NCBI GenBank assembly: GCA_000004985.1
Contig: GG738900.1
Length of the DNA: 64,000 nt
Strand: one strand, 5' to 3'
DNA from: Naegleria gruberi
Taxonomy: Eukaryota
The position numbers and the translations under genes were made by a program. The notes beneath the pieces were generated by a model. That model did not search any database. It was not told the DNA's origin and was given only the letters and a program-made list of their open reading frames with translations. Positions 16,498-27,546 of the stretch are shown piece by piece; position 1 is the stretch's first letter, and each line of letters opens with the position of its first letter.

Positions 16498-19299
16498 TTA
16501 ATATTCATCATCATCAGATCCATAGATTTCGCCCAATTCCCACAAATTCAAACGACGGCTAATGGCAAAATCTTGTTCTTCGAGATAGGACTTGGCAACT
16601 GACTTGAATTCAGACAAAAGGAGCTTCTTATCAGCAAAAACTAATCCACTACGGATCATTTGCTTATTCAAGTTATCTTCTTGCTTGGCACCATTTTGGA
16701 CAAGGGTGACATAGTTTACACCTGCATCAGAATATTCAACAGTTAATTGCCATTCACCTTCCATCAAAGTTTCTCTCAAAAAGGTTTCCAATTCAAATCT
16801 AAGATTTTCGTGATCCTTAACGAAAGCCAAACGAGCCTTTTGAGCACATTCTGGAATAGTGAGGAGTTGATTACCGGCTGGAATAGTCTTGAGAGTTGAA
16901 ATGGCAACTTCTTCGCTGTTACCAAAATCAGAATATAAAACAACAGCATTAGCATTATTGACAGAAATAACCTTAGCTCTGTACCAAGAATTATCTTCAG
17001 TGAATTGGGCAAGACAGACTGAACCAACAGTTGCTGAAGCAAGAGCTTCAAGTTGAGCAACGTTAAGTTCAGCAATCAACTTTTCAACAGTCTTCAACTT
17101 TTCGACAACATCAGAACCTTGGTAGTAGAAAGTAATTGGATCTTCAAAATCGGTAACTCTGATAGTTTGTGTCTTTCTAGAGTGAGAAACAGAGAATGAT
17201 TGAGCAACTGGCTTGGATTTTTGTTCTTGTTCTGGTTGTTCTCTCTTCTTTCTTTCTGGGAAAGCAACAGTGTGATCTTCCAATTTCCAAACACCCTTCT
17301 TGGCCTTCTTAGCCTTACCTTCAGCTTCATTCAATTCTTCAAAGATCTTCAATCTCTTAGCATATGGTTGAACAATAGCAAGACCAGCTTCCAACAAAGT
17401 GTTAGTATAATTCTTACCATTGATCAACATTTGACCAGTGAGTGAGCTAGCCTTATCAACTTCAGCTTCAAGAACGAGTTCAACATCTCTGCATGAAGTA
17501 GAGATCAAAGTAAGTTGCTTAGCTTCTTCAGCCAAATCCTTACCGAGTGGTTTATCAGATGATGGAATAGCAATACCAGCCAATGAGAAAGTGACAACAG
17601 AGGCATCATTTGGAAGACTCAAAACGAATTTAGAAGCAGAAAGAATCTTTTCAACAACAGCCTTAGTGTTACCAGACTTACCAGTCAAAAGCTTGTTCAA
17701 TTTACCAGCAGCATCACCAGAAACAACAGTATATGGATGTTGTGGAGCTCTCTTCTTTCCGTGGAGACCCTTTTGTCTCTTGATGGCTTCATTTTCAGCC
17801 AAAATGAGACTATCAAAAGCAGATGATCTTTCTTCATCAGCCTTAAGCTTCATAACTTCAGCATAACCTTCTCTGACCAATTCAACAGCAACAGATTTCT
17901 TATTGACAAGAACAGTACAGAATCTTCTAAGTTCCTTCTTTTCAGTACCTAATTCTCTTCTATAGTCAACTTCAACTTGAATTTCCTTTCCAGCAACCTT
18001 GCTTCTCAACAATTCTCTAGCTTCCCAAGCCCATTGTTCAGATTCTGGCTTCTGTTCAGCTTGCTTGGAAGCTTCCTTCTTTTCTGGCTTCTTTGTGTAT
18101 GAAATGAATTTCTTGGTTCTAATGTTTGAGAGAGAAATCTTTTCTTCTTGTCCATCATTCTTGACAATCTTCAAAGTATCACCTGAAAGAACTTCCAAAA
18201 CTCTAGCAGTGAAACCAGTGTCAGATTGATGTAATGATTGTTTTGGTGGTTCATAATCAACCCACAAATTCTTTCTTTCATTCTTAGCTTTTTGTTCAGC
18301 ACTTCTGAATCTTGGAGCATACTTAGACTTTGGAGCGCTTCTTTCATCAACAGAAACATATCCGATCATCAAGAGTTCTTCTTGATAAGTGAATGGCTTG
18401 TCACTATTTTCATCAACAGAAATAATAATACTTCCGTGCAAATTGCTTGTCTTTTCCTTTTGTTCCTTAGCATCCTTGCCATCCTTTGATTTATCCTTCT
18501 TTGGAGTATCAATACCTTCGAACAAGACAGTAACATCTCTGTTCAACAAACGAACTTCAGTATGAGTCTTGGCTTCCTTTGAGAATGGTTGAGCAACCTT
18601 TTGTTGAGTTTCTTTACCCTTGGTTGTACTTGGGCAATAAACACCAGTCAAATTCATGAAAACAACTTCATTAGTTGGGAGTCTAACCTTCAAAGCAGTA
18701 CCGCTAATGACATATTCAACAATAACATCAACAGTCTTACCCTTGAATGATTTCAACAAAGCTTGTGGATCTTCAGTCTTGGCTTGTTTGGCATATTTCT
18801 CGCTATTTGACCAAACACCAATCTTTTGTTCTTCAGCAGCTTTTTGGAGAGCAATCAATTTCTTATAATCATCAGATTGATTCTTAATATCCTTGACTTT
18901 ACCCCAACCAGCTTCAACAACAGATTCATTAATATTTTCATCATCCAAGAAGATTGTAGCATAGTTCATTCCTGTTTCCTTGACAGTGTAATCGACTCTG
19001 AATCTAATGGTTTTACCAATGAGTTTCTTTCTCAAGAATTCTCTTGCTTCAAAAGCCCAAGGCTATTATTGTTGTAAAGTAAATTAAACACAACAAATGT
19101 GTGTGAATTAGATTATTGTTCTAGTTATCAATGATTTTCACAAAGAAATACTTACTTCATCTTCTCCATCTTTTGTACCTAAACGTGGTGCTTTAACATC
19201 AGCAAGGATTAAAGTCTTTTCTCTATCGTAGAATTGTGGATGGCAGATTTTAATAGTGTTACCACCAAGGACTGCTTTGACGATACCTTCCATAGACAT
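16498..19299 (-). CDS. SND1: Tudor-SN (staphylococcal nuclease domain-containing protein), 2 exons: complement(join(16498..19062, 19156..19299)), ~902 aa
   Basis: Repeated SN-like domains and a Tudor domain (…LAQFTEDNSWYRAKVISV…YSDFGNSEEV). Exon 1 (MSMEGIVKAVLGGNTIKICHPQFYDREKTLILADVKAPRLGTKDGEDE) splices to PWAFEAREFLRKKLIGK through a GTAAGT..TAG intron of 93 nt. Confidence 0.85.
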
Positions 19300-19878
19300 T
19301 TTTTTATAAACTTAAACACCGATTAAATAATGGTGGGATTTTTAAAACACAGTAATATACTTTGTAGCTAAAAAGCTAAATAGTATCAAAACAAAAGACT
19401 ACTAAACAGAAAAATAAAGAGTGATGATGAGATTCCACAAAGCAGATATACCTTATGGAGTCAAGGAGGGTTTTGGATTTTTTTTAAGAGTGAAAAATAA
19501 ATATTTTATTGTTGCTCCATCAATATGATCACAGGAGGTTTTTTCTTTGTGTTTTTGCCACGTATCGCAAAAAGCCTTCCGTCCAGCTCTGTTTACAATA
19601 TCCAACCACGAACCATAGCAACTTCTTCATTGACCTGTACACACAAAAATTAATTAGAAAGGACCTTTTTGCAACCATGTCGATTATCATAACTAATTAA
19701 TATTTTCATTCATCATCATGTATGAAGTATCATTAGCAACAATGAAGCTGCATACATTGATCAATTTGATTATTACATTTGGAAATTTAACGTGATTGAC
19801 CTGCCACATGCATTTCTTCTCAATCCATAAACCTAATATGAGTGAATAATAATATTACAAAGATCATCATGATACAAT

Positions 19879-21474
19879 TTATTTAGTCTTTTTAGATGGT
19901 TTTTCCGAATCTCCTGATGACTTCTTTCGTTTTCTTGTAGTTCCATCATCCTTAGCATCCAATCCAGCTTCCTTCAGAAGAGCAGCAGTTTCTGACTCCA
20001 AATCATCTTCATCTTCATCACTGGCATCTTCGTCTTCTTCATCAGATTTGCCAACAAAGTCTTCATCATCTTCTTCATCATCATCTCCCATAATTTGATC
20101 CATTTTAATCTTATCATCTCTGATATCTTTTTCTGTTTTGAGGTCCTTACTCTTTAAGAATTCTGACAATAGTTCACTTTCATTTTGATCAATATTCAAA
20201 AAGGTGTGACTCTTGCCATTCTTCAAAATAATTGACAAATCAAAGAATCTATTACCACTAGAAGCTCTAAGGAATTTGATTAATTTGATTTCATCATGTC
20301 TTATATAAATAACTGGTTTGTGTAAGAAAAAGACTGATTTTTCAAGGAAGAATAATTGACCTTCGTTGGCCTTAAGTGAACATTTCAATGCCTTATCATT
20401 TCCATGTGTAACATATTTACCAGATCCGATAAGTTTCTTCTTAGTTAGTGATCTCAAAACTTTAGCAAAAACTTCATAGATCTTTCCATTCATCTTAGGA
20501 GTCAAATCTCCCATTTCATTCTTTTCTAATTTAATAGAAAGTGGTTCATCCAATGTTTTGTGTTTTTCAATTTGGAATACAATGTGGAAGTGTGATTTTT
20601 GTCCTTGTCTGAATGGTGTATCTAAACTAATGACAAGGTACATGTGTTGGTCACCAGGTTTTGGAAGAAGGAAGAGTGTGGAAATTTGTTTGTATGTAAT
20701 CTTGTGTACATAGGTTCTACCATAGAGCCTGAGATGGCTCTTGAATAAGTCAACATTGTATTTACCTCTAGGAATGAGAACTGGCATTTGTGAAAATGAT
20801 GCAACAGGTGTTCCCAAATCTTTAGAAAGATCAGCTTTTTGTGAAATCTTTTCATGTAAAGCATCTGCTGTCATATCTTTGATTGCTAGATTCTTTTCTT
20901 CTTGTTCCTCTTCATCCTGATCTTCTGCTGGTTCGGATGTTTCAGGACAAACAAAACGAATTTCTGTCAATTGGATTGAATTCTTATCTGTATGTTCATC
21001 ATCTCTAAATTCCAAAAGTAATTCGGAGTTCTTTGGTATCTTTTGGCAATTTTTAATATCATCAGCAAGTGAAATTGAAAATAATTCCTTGTCTTCAAAG
21101 TACATCATCATATGACTACCTTTAATGACAGGTTTTCCCCAGTTAACACCCTTCATACAAGTTTCTACCTTGTTGAAAGGAATATCACTTTCGACTTGGA
21201 CTTGAACAATTTGTGATTCCAACTGTTCATAATCGGCTTCTTTGAATCCTAGGTAGCTAACAAAATCGTCATCAGCTTTCCAAAGTCTCAACTCGTATCC
21301 TCTAGGTGTGTATAACCAATCAATTGATGAAATTTCACTTTTTTTAACGGCTGAAATGATCGATTCGTTCCCAACAGATTTCCAAACAAACATTTCTTCA
21401 TTCTTTGCATCAACAATAATAGAACCTTGAGTGAAGGATCTACCGAGAAATATGTGAGAAAACTCCTTTGACAT
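19879..21474 (-). CDS. SSRP1: FACT complex subunit SSRP1/Pob3-like (no HMG box), 531 aa, single exon
   Basis: MSKEFSHIFLGRSFTQGSIIVD…; SSRP1/Pob3 N-terminal and middle (PH-like) domains; acidic Asp/Glu-rich C-terminal tail. Confidence 0.8.
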   Translation of the reverse strand: MSKEFSHIFLGRSFTQGSIIVDAKNEEMFVWKSVGNESIISAVKKSEISSIDWLYTPRGYELRLWKADDDFVSYLGFKEADYEQLESQIVQVQVESDIPFNKVETCMKGVNWGKPVIKGSHMMMYFEDKELFSISLADDIKNCQKIPKNSELLLEFRDDEHTDKNSIQLTEIRFVCPETSEPAEDQDEEEQEEKNLAIKDMTADALHEKISQKADLSKDLGTPVASFSQMPVLIPRGKYNVDLFKSHLRLYGRTYVHKITYKQISTLFLLPKPGDQHMYLVISLDTPFRQGQKSHFHIVFQIEKHKTLDEPLSIKLEKNEMGDLTPKMNGKIYEVFAKVLRSLTKKKLIGSGKYVTHGNDKALKCSLKANEGQLFFLEKSVFFLHKPVIYIRHDEIKLIKFLRASSGNRFFDLSIILKNGKSHTFLNIDQNESELLSEFLKSKDLKTEKDIRDDKIKMDQIMGDDDEEDDEDFVGKSDEEDEDASDEDEDDLESETAALLKEAGLDAKDDGTTRKRKKSSGDSEKPSKKTK

Positions 21475-21643
21475 TTTTTTTTAAATTTTTTTGAATTAGT
21501 TTTTTTGTATTGGCGGGAAAAGTGAAAGCCAAATTATTAGTTGTTCAACCAGATTATGGAAACACAATCCAGTTTCTGTGTGAGTTGAAGGGAGAAATGT
21601 TTATTCAATTTAATATTTAATTAGATAATACATTTATTTACAT

Positions 21644-22494
21644 TTAGAATTTCATACAATTGTAGAAAGCATATCCTAGGGCAGTATCTGGATCTTCAAC
21701 TGCAACCATAAACTCTTCATAGTCAATAGCTCCACTTCCATCCAAATCCATTCTATCGAAGGCAACTGACAAGTGCTTTTCGAGAGTATGCCATCTTTCA
21801 GAACTCAATCTATAACCGTTCATTTTAGCTTGACCAACATAGAATCTCTTAAAGAAGGATAATAATTCATTCTTTTCAACAGTTCCATCATTGTTGATAT
21901 CAATCAAGTTGTAAACGACTATAATGTACATGATCATTATTATGTAAAATTGAATGAACAAGATCATATTGATGAATCAATCGCAATCAATTAAAAGTTG
22001 TATAATAATTGAACAACTTACATTTCAATAATTCCTTCTTATCGGTAAAGAGAGTACCACTCAAACCAGTAGCTAATTCTACAAAATCTACGTAACCACT
22101 CTTATCAGCATCAAATACATCAAAGATCTTATCTATCGAAACTAAATCACTTTCGGAATGAGAACCTAGAGTTTTGACCACAACTTGTTCAAATTGTGGC
22201 TTGCTTAGTCTACCCTTACTATCACTGCTCTTTTTAAAACTTGCCAACAAAACCTTCATATTAGATGGAGTTACTATTGTTGGATGGAAAATTGGAAAAT
22301 TGGTTGATAATTAATTAAGAGAAATACAACTTACATTTCAAATTCCTTGATGATTCCTTGAGAACATTTCCACCATTTGATGTTTGGTTTGGAGAAGAGT
22401 TTTCCATATCAACACCCTTCACTGAGCCCAACCTTGGTCTGGCCTTCTTCTTACTATTCATCAATTCCTGCAAGAGTTCTTCTGCGTTACTCAT
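21644..22494 (-). CDS. EF-hand calcium-binding protein (calcineurin-B/NCS-like), 3 exons: complement(join(21644..21918, 22022..22273, 22335..22494)), 228 aa
   Basis: Three EF-hand loops (DADKSGYVDFVE, DINNDGTVEKNE, DLDGSGAIDYEE). Both introns are phase 1 at ...TTGAAAT|GTAAGTTG (61 and 103 nt). Confidence 0.7.
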
Positions 22495-22898
22495 TTTTTA
22501 TTTGTGTTTGTATCTCCAAGTTCCTTAGGACCAATCTTTTTGTTGGTGCCTCCTCTCTCTCAATAAGCACCACACAGTACAACATCAAGCCAGGTCAAAT
22601 AAAACATTTGAACGGGTTTAATGTGTTTATTTGAGACCAGGTGATTAGAGATTCAACTAGATTCAACTGTTAATTATGGATGTGCTTTGAACGGTATATT
22701 TACAACAGGTTCTGTCAATGGTCATTAAGTGGTTGCAAATAAATATTGGAGATTGGTTTCGAGATTCTTGGATGAGAATCAAGTTTGATACAAAGTACCC
22801 GATCTAAATGATTCACTCGACATCTAAATGTGGTAGATCTTCCTCGTATTCTTGTCTTATACTCAATAAATTCATTTCCAATAATGTTCTTGAAAAAG

Positions 22899-24773
22899 TT
22901 ATTTTATTCTTGGTGAGTTAACTGTTTTCCTAGGTGTAGTTGGTGATCTAATTGGGGAGATTTTATCAAAACTCTCATCCAAAGAATTATTCATTGATCT
23001 TCTGGGCGATTGAGCATCAAAACTTGGGAGAGTGACATCATTAGCTTGATTATGCTTATTGGCGCTCCTCTCTGCTCTCTGAATGACCTCTTTAACAAAT
23101 GTTTTCAGTTCTAGAATTTTGGTGAGAACTTCAGAGTCTCTCTCGAAATAGATCCCACCCAAAGTTACTAGGAGAGACTTTTCGAGGAGAAATATGGCCT
23201 TTTCAATTTGTTGCATGAGAGAAACGAGTCTATACCTCTCCTTGACAATTGACCCCTCACCAAATGAGCTTCTGTTTTGCAACAATTCGACTTGAGTTGT
23301 TAGTTTCATCTTCTCCTCTTGCCAAGCTTGCTTTTCCATTTGGAGATATCTGAGATCTTCCTCAATACTCTCCTTTTCCTTGTTGAGAGCAAGAACCTTA
23401 TCAGAAATGGTGTCGAGTACACTTTTTACCTTTTTACATTCGTCTTGACCTTCCACTAATGACTTTTGTAATCCTATATTCTTCTGCTGCAAGAGATCAA
23501 TATCGAACATTTTCTTTGAAAGTTCATTACTCACTCTATCATATTGCTCATTCATTTCTTCCAACTCCTCAGCTGTAATTTTGAGACTGTTGTCGAGCAA
23601 TTCTGATTTTTTTTGCAAAGCCAATTTTTCTTCTTCTATTTCCTGTCTCAAATTCAGAACTTGCTCAAGAGCCTCCTCAAGTTGCATGACAATGCCTTCT
23701 TTTTCTTTCAATTGAGAGAGTAATTTCTTCTTTTCCTCTGTTGAACCTTCCTTAGAGTTGGAAATTTCATGTTCAAGATCTGAAATTTTGATTCGTTCTG
23801 CCTCAAGTGTTTTTTCCAAGCCTGCTCTAACATCAGAAACTTGTTTCTCCTTCTCATCGAGAGAGTTTGATAAATTTTTAATGTCATCCAACAGTTTTAC
23901 TTCCTTCTCCTCAAACTTTTTAACAGTTTCCTTCTTATCTTCAATGAGGTGGTCTATTTCTCCTCTCAGGTTTTTTAAAGATCTCTTAGATAGGCACAAC
24001 AGGATGGAGCAAATTGCAAGTAAGAGTATGGAAACAGCCGATGTCAAACTCAAAACTACTGGAGTTTGAGCGGAAAACATTTGAGCCAGTGCAACTTGAC
24101 CTGCTCTTGGTTGCTCCACTGTAACGAGTGAGGAATGTATTGTTTGAACTTCAAAGAGTTCAGTCAATTCCAATTTGGATTCCTTATTAAGACCACTATC
24201 CAATTTTTTAAATATATCGACCGATAATTGTCCACATTTGTCCAGAGTTTCCTTAAGACTATTTCTCACTTTTGAATCCTTCGTTTGGAGTCTATTCTCG
24301 ACGAATGAAACAACTTGTTTTGCTATTATCATTTCAACAATTATATCGGAGCAGTGAGGCACTGCTTCTAATTCTTTGATTGCATTCTCCAGTGTTTCTC
24401 TCTTTTTCAATTCTTCAACTTCAGTACTAAATCTGACCTTGTATGCTTTGAGGTCACTAGGGTTAAACATTAATGGTATTCCAAAGCATTCCTTATTTAC
24501 ACTCGCAATTTGAAGCTCTAACAATTCTGTTATCTTGTCAGAGTTGTTCTCATTCCTATATAACGAAACCACCCTATCAAATATTATATTCTTTGCTAAT
24601 TGTCTGTGGCATTTGGCTAATTGTTTGTTGTTTTGATGTTGTGCTGAAATAAACCCTGAACATATTATCAACACTATTGATGCAACTGCTAGGGTTAATT
24701 TAAACATTGAGCCATTCCCCGAAACATTGTTTCTTCTATCATGATGAGCTGAAAAGTATCCTTTCATGGACAT
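22899..24773 (-). CDS. Hypothetical membrane-anchored coiled-coil protein, 624 aa
   Basis: Continuous ORF with ATG at 24773. There is an N-terminal hydrophobic segment, a second TM around aa 240-265, and a long heptad-rich E/K/L region. No recognisable catalytic domain. Confidence 0.6.
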   Translation of the reverse strand: MSMKGYFSAHHDRRNNVSGNGSMFKLTLAVASIVLIICSGFISAQHQNNKQLAKCHRQLAKNIIFDRVVSLYRNENNSDKITELLELQIASVNKECFGIPLMFNPSDLKAYKVRFSTEVEELKKRETLENAIKELEAVPHCSDIIVEMIIAKQVVSFVENRLQTKDSKVRNSLKETLDKCGQLSVDIFKKLDSGLNKESKLELTELFEVQTIHSSLVTVEQPRAGQVALAQMFSAQTPVVLSLTSAVSILLLAICSILLCLSKRSLKNLRGEIDHLIEDKKETVKKFEEKEVKLLDDIKNLSNSLDEKEKQVSDVRAGLEKTLEAERIKISDLEHEISNSKEGSTEEKKKLLSQLKEKEGIVMQLEEALEQVLNLRQEIEEEKLALQKKSELLDNSLKITAEELEEMNEQYDRVSNELSKKMFDIDLLQQKNIGLQKSLVEGQDECKKVKSVLDTISDKVLALNKEKESIEEDLRYLQMEKQAWQEEKMKLTTQVELLQNRSSFGEGSIVKERYRLVSLMQQIEKAIFLLEKSLLVTLGGIYFERDSEVLTKILELKTFVKEVIQRAERSANKHNQANDVTLPSFDAQSPRRSMNNSLDESFDKISPIRSPTTPRKTVNSPRIK

Positions 24774-25177
24774 TACCGTAAGAGAGTTATTATTGGGAGA
24801 TGGTGCTTGTGGGGTCTACACGAAAAACAGTAAGGGTTGTTGTTTTTGATTTTTTTTTCAAATTTTGGCGCCAACTTTAGTTGTCACTCAATGACCATTA
24901 ATCTTTCCATCATCATCATGATCTTTAAATATTATTATTAATATTATTGCATTAATAATCTGAATGTCATTACAAGTAGATCAATATTCCTAACCCCATA
25001 AGAACCTTCAAAACTTGTTCTTCTAATTTGAAGAAGCACTAAAGATTACAAAAAAATTGTTCGATTTAAAAGCCTCGGACAATAAACCATTACTCATCAC
25101 ACAATTAACATGTTATTTGGAGTTGTTTACACTTGATAGTGAAACACATGACGAATAGGAAGTTGATTCTCCGATAG

Positions 25178-27193
25178 TTGAAAAAAATGCAAGAAGAATC
25201 TTCACCACTCGTTACTTCATCATCATCAACATCAAATCAACATGCTGCTGCCGATCATGAGGAATCATCTTCTTATAATAATAACACGTCAACTCCCACC
25301 CTGATTGAGGAGGATTATGGAGTGTATAAGAAACAACGACATCCTATCATTGTCAAGTTTTTGCAATTTAAACAATTCTATCAATCGGAAAAGTTGAGAA
25401 AAGTTCGGAGATGGATTGCATTTGTTATTGGTGCTGCCATGATGATTGCTGCTGGAACACAGTATGCATTTTCATCGATTAGTCCTTCTTTGAAAAAGTA
25501 AGTTGTGTGAAAAAGATCAATATATTTACCTAGTAATAATTATTTTAATTATTAATCATTGGAATATTAAAATAGACGATTTGATTTGACTCAAACGGAG
25601 GTGAATACTATTGGAACAGCAGCAAATTTGGGAACTAATTTCAGTTTTCTCTTTTCTTTGGTGAATGATTTTCTTGGAGCTCGTTCTTGTAGTTTTGTTT
25701 CTGGTGCCTTCTTGTTTGGATCTTATTTTCTGATGGCATTGACAGTTTCTGGAGCTATTCCAGGAGCAGAGAATTATATTGCACTTTCTGCATTCATGTT
25801 TATTATGGGTAATAGTAGTGGTGGAGCTTATACAGGTAGGTTTCGTATTGAGCTTTTTGAATTTATTATTTGCAGCTGCCATGACAACAAGTGTGAAAAA
25901 TTTTCCTGAAAGAAATAGAGGATTAGTAGTTGGTGTTCTTGCCTCATTCTTTGGTATCAGTAGTGCCATTTATTCTGGCTCATATCAGTATATTTTCCAA
26001 TTGCAATTACAACCTTACATGATATTTTGTGCCGTTTTGGGAGGAATAGTTGTCTTGATTTTGGGAACTGTATTTTTGGATGGAAAGTCTTCAGCCGATA
26101 AAAATGATGCTGGGAAGAAGGTATCTACTGCCAATACCATTAATTCATCTCAACAAGAAGCCACCACCACCTCTGAGGAAGGAAAGCCAATAGTTGTGGA
26201 TCCAAGCACTGGTGAGCTACCTGCAGAACAAACTTTGGAATCTACAACAATGATGGAAGAGGATACTCAAACCTATGAAGAAGATGAACTCAGGGAAAAA
26301 TTACAACAATTGGAAATTCCAAATGTTAACTCTTTGAAGATGCTCATTTCACTTGATTTCTGGCTTGCTTTTTTGGTTATTTTCATTGTAAGTGTGTGAA
26401 ATTTTAGATTTAACAATATATTTTTATAATTTACCTCTAATATAATAGGTTGTTGGATCAGGAATTACTGTCATTAACAATTTAGGATCACTCGTATTGG
26501 CCTATGGTGGATACAATGGCCAACAAAACATGATGGTGATTGTCTTTTCAATTTGTAATTGTTTGGGAAGATTACTTTTTGGTATCTTGAGTGACAAGTT
26601 ACTTTCTCCAAAGAGAGGTATCACTAGAATTACATTCCTTTCCATTTGTATTGTCATGATGACAGTCATTCAATTCTTATTTGCCGTGATGCCTCTTGAA
26701 GGTTTTTATCCACTTATCATTTTCTTGGGTGTAAGTTTTACTAAATTTTACAAAAAATTGTAAATCAAACGTGAACACCAATCAATTCATTCAAATTTGT
26801 CTCATAACTTTCCAGATTTGTTATGGAGGAACATATGCACTGACACCAACATTCAACAGTGAAAGATTTGGAGCTAAATATTTTGGTATGAATTCTACAA
26901 TTCAATCAATGGCAGCAAGTTTAGGATCCTATGCATTCTCAACTGGATTGGCCGGCTATTTGTATCAAGTTAATATTGAAAAACCAAGAACTCTAACATG
27001 TCATGGTAGACCTTGCTATGAAGCAACTTTCTACATTTTATCTCTTCTTGGTTGTGTTGCCCTGATTATTTCCTTAATTTTACACAAGAGAACTTTGTGG
27101 TTATACAAGACATTGTATAAGAGAAGACATTATGCAACGCTATTGGATCGATTGATTTCAAATAATGGAAAGAGTACAACTAAAAACATATAA
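25178..27193 (+). CDS. Nodulin-like MFS transporter, 5 exons: join(25178..25497, 25576..25835, 25876..26387, 26449..26730, 26816..27193), 583 aa
   Basis: Nodulin-like N-terminus (RWIAFVIGAAMMIAAGTQYAFSSIS) and multiple TM segments. Intron lengths are 78, 40, 61 and 85 nt. All junctions restore the frame. Confidence 0.75.
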
Positions 27194-27546
27194 ACATGAT
27201 ATCTATTGAGAGGTTTATCTTTGATTGAGATTCGTATTGAACGTGCGGGAAAGTCCAATATAGGTTTCCAATATATCAACATGACGGTTATTGGAACATC
27301 TCTAGCAAATTAGAATACTACGGTTGCTTTTATTAGTTTTGAGGTTTCATGATGTTATTGACTGAAGTTTTGTTGTTAGCCGCACGACATTAAAAGACTT
27401 TTCAAAAAACAAAAGAAATCAAAAACCTCAATCGATTCTTATTCGGAATCACACATCTTTTGTATAAGGCACATTGAAGCAAAAATACTGTACAACATTT
27501 TTTATTAGAAACATAGAAGAAACTATCAGAAAACACAACAACAAGA

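Noticed and set aside
16776-19077. Several ORFs overlapping the Tudor-SN gene on both strands (99, 78, 81, 142 aa and others)
   Set aside because: They lie entirely inside a long conserved CDS on the opposite strand or in an alternate frame. Their composition is typical of antisense artefacts.
19509-19700. 63-aa ORF in the Tudor-SN/SSRP1 intergenic region
   Set aside because: No start context, low complexity, and it lies in the promoter region of Tudor-SN. It is most likely chance.
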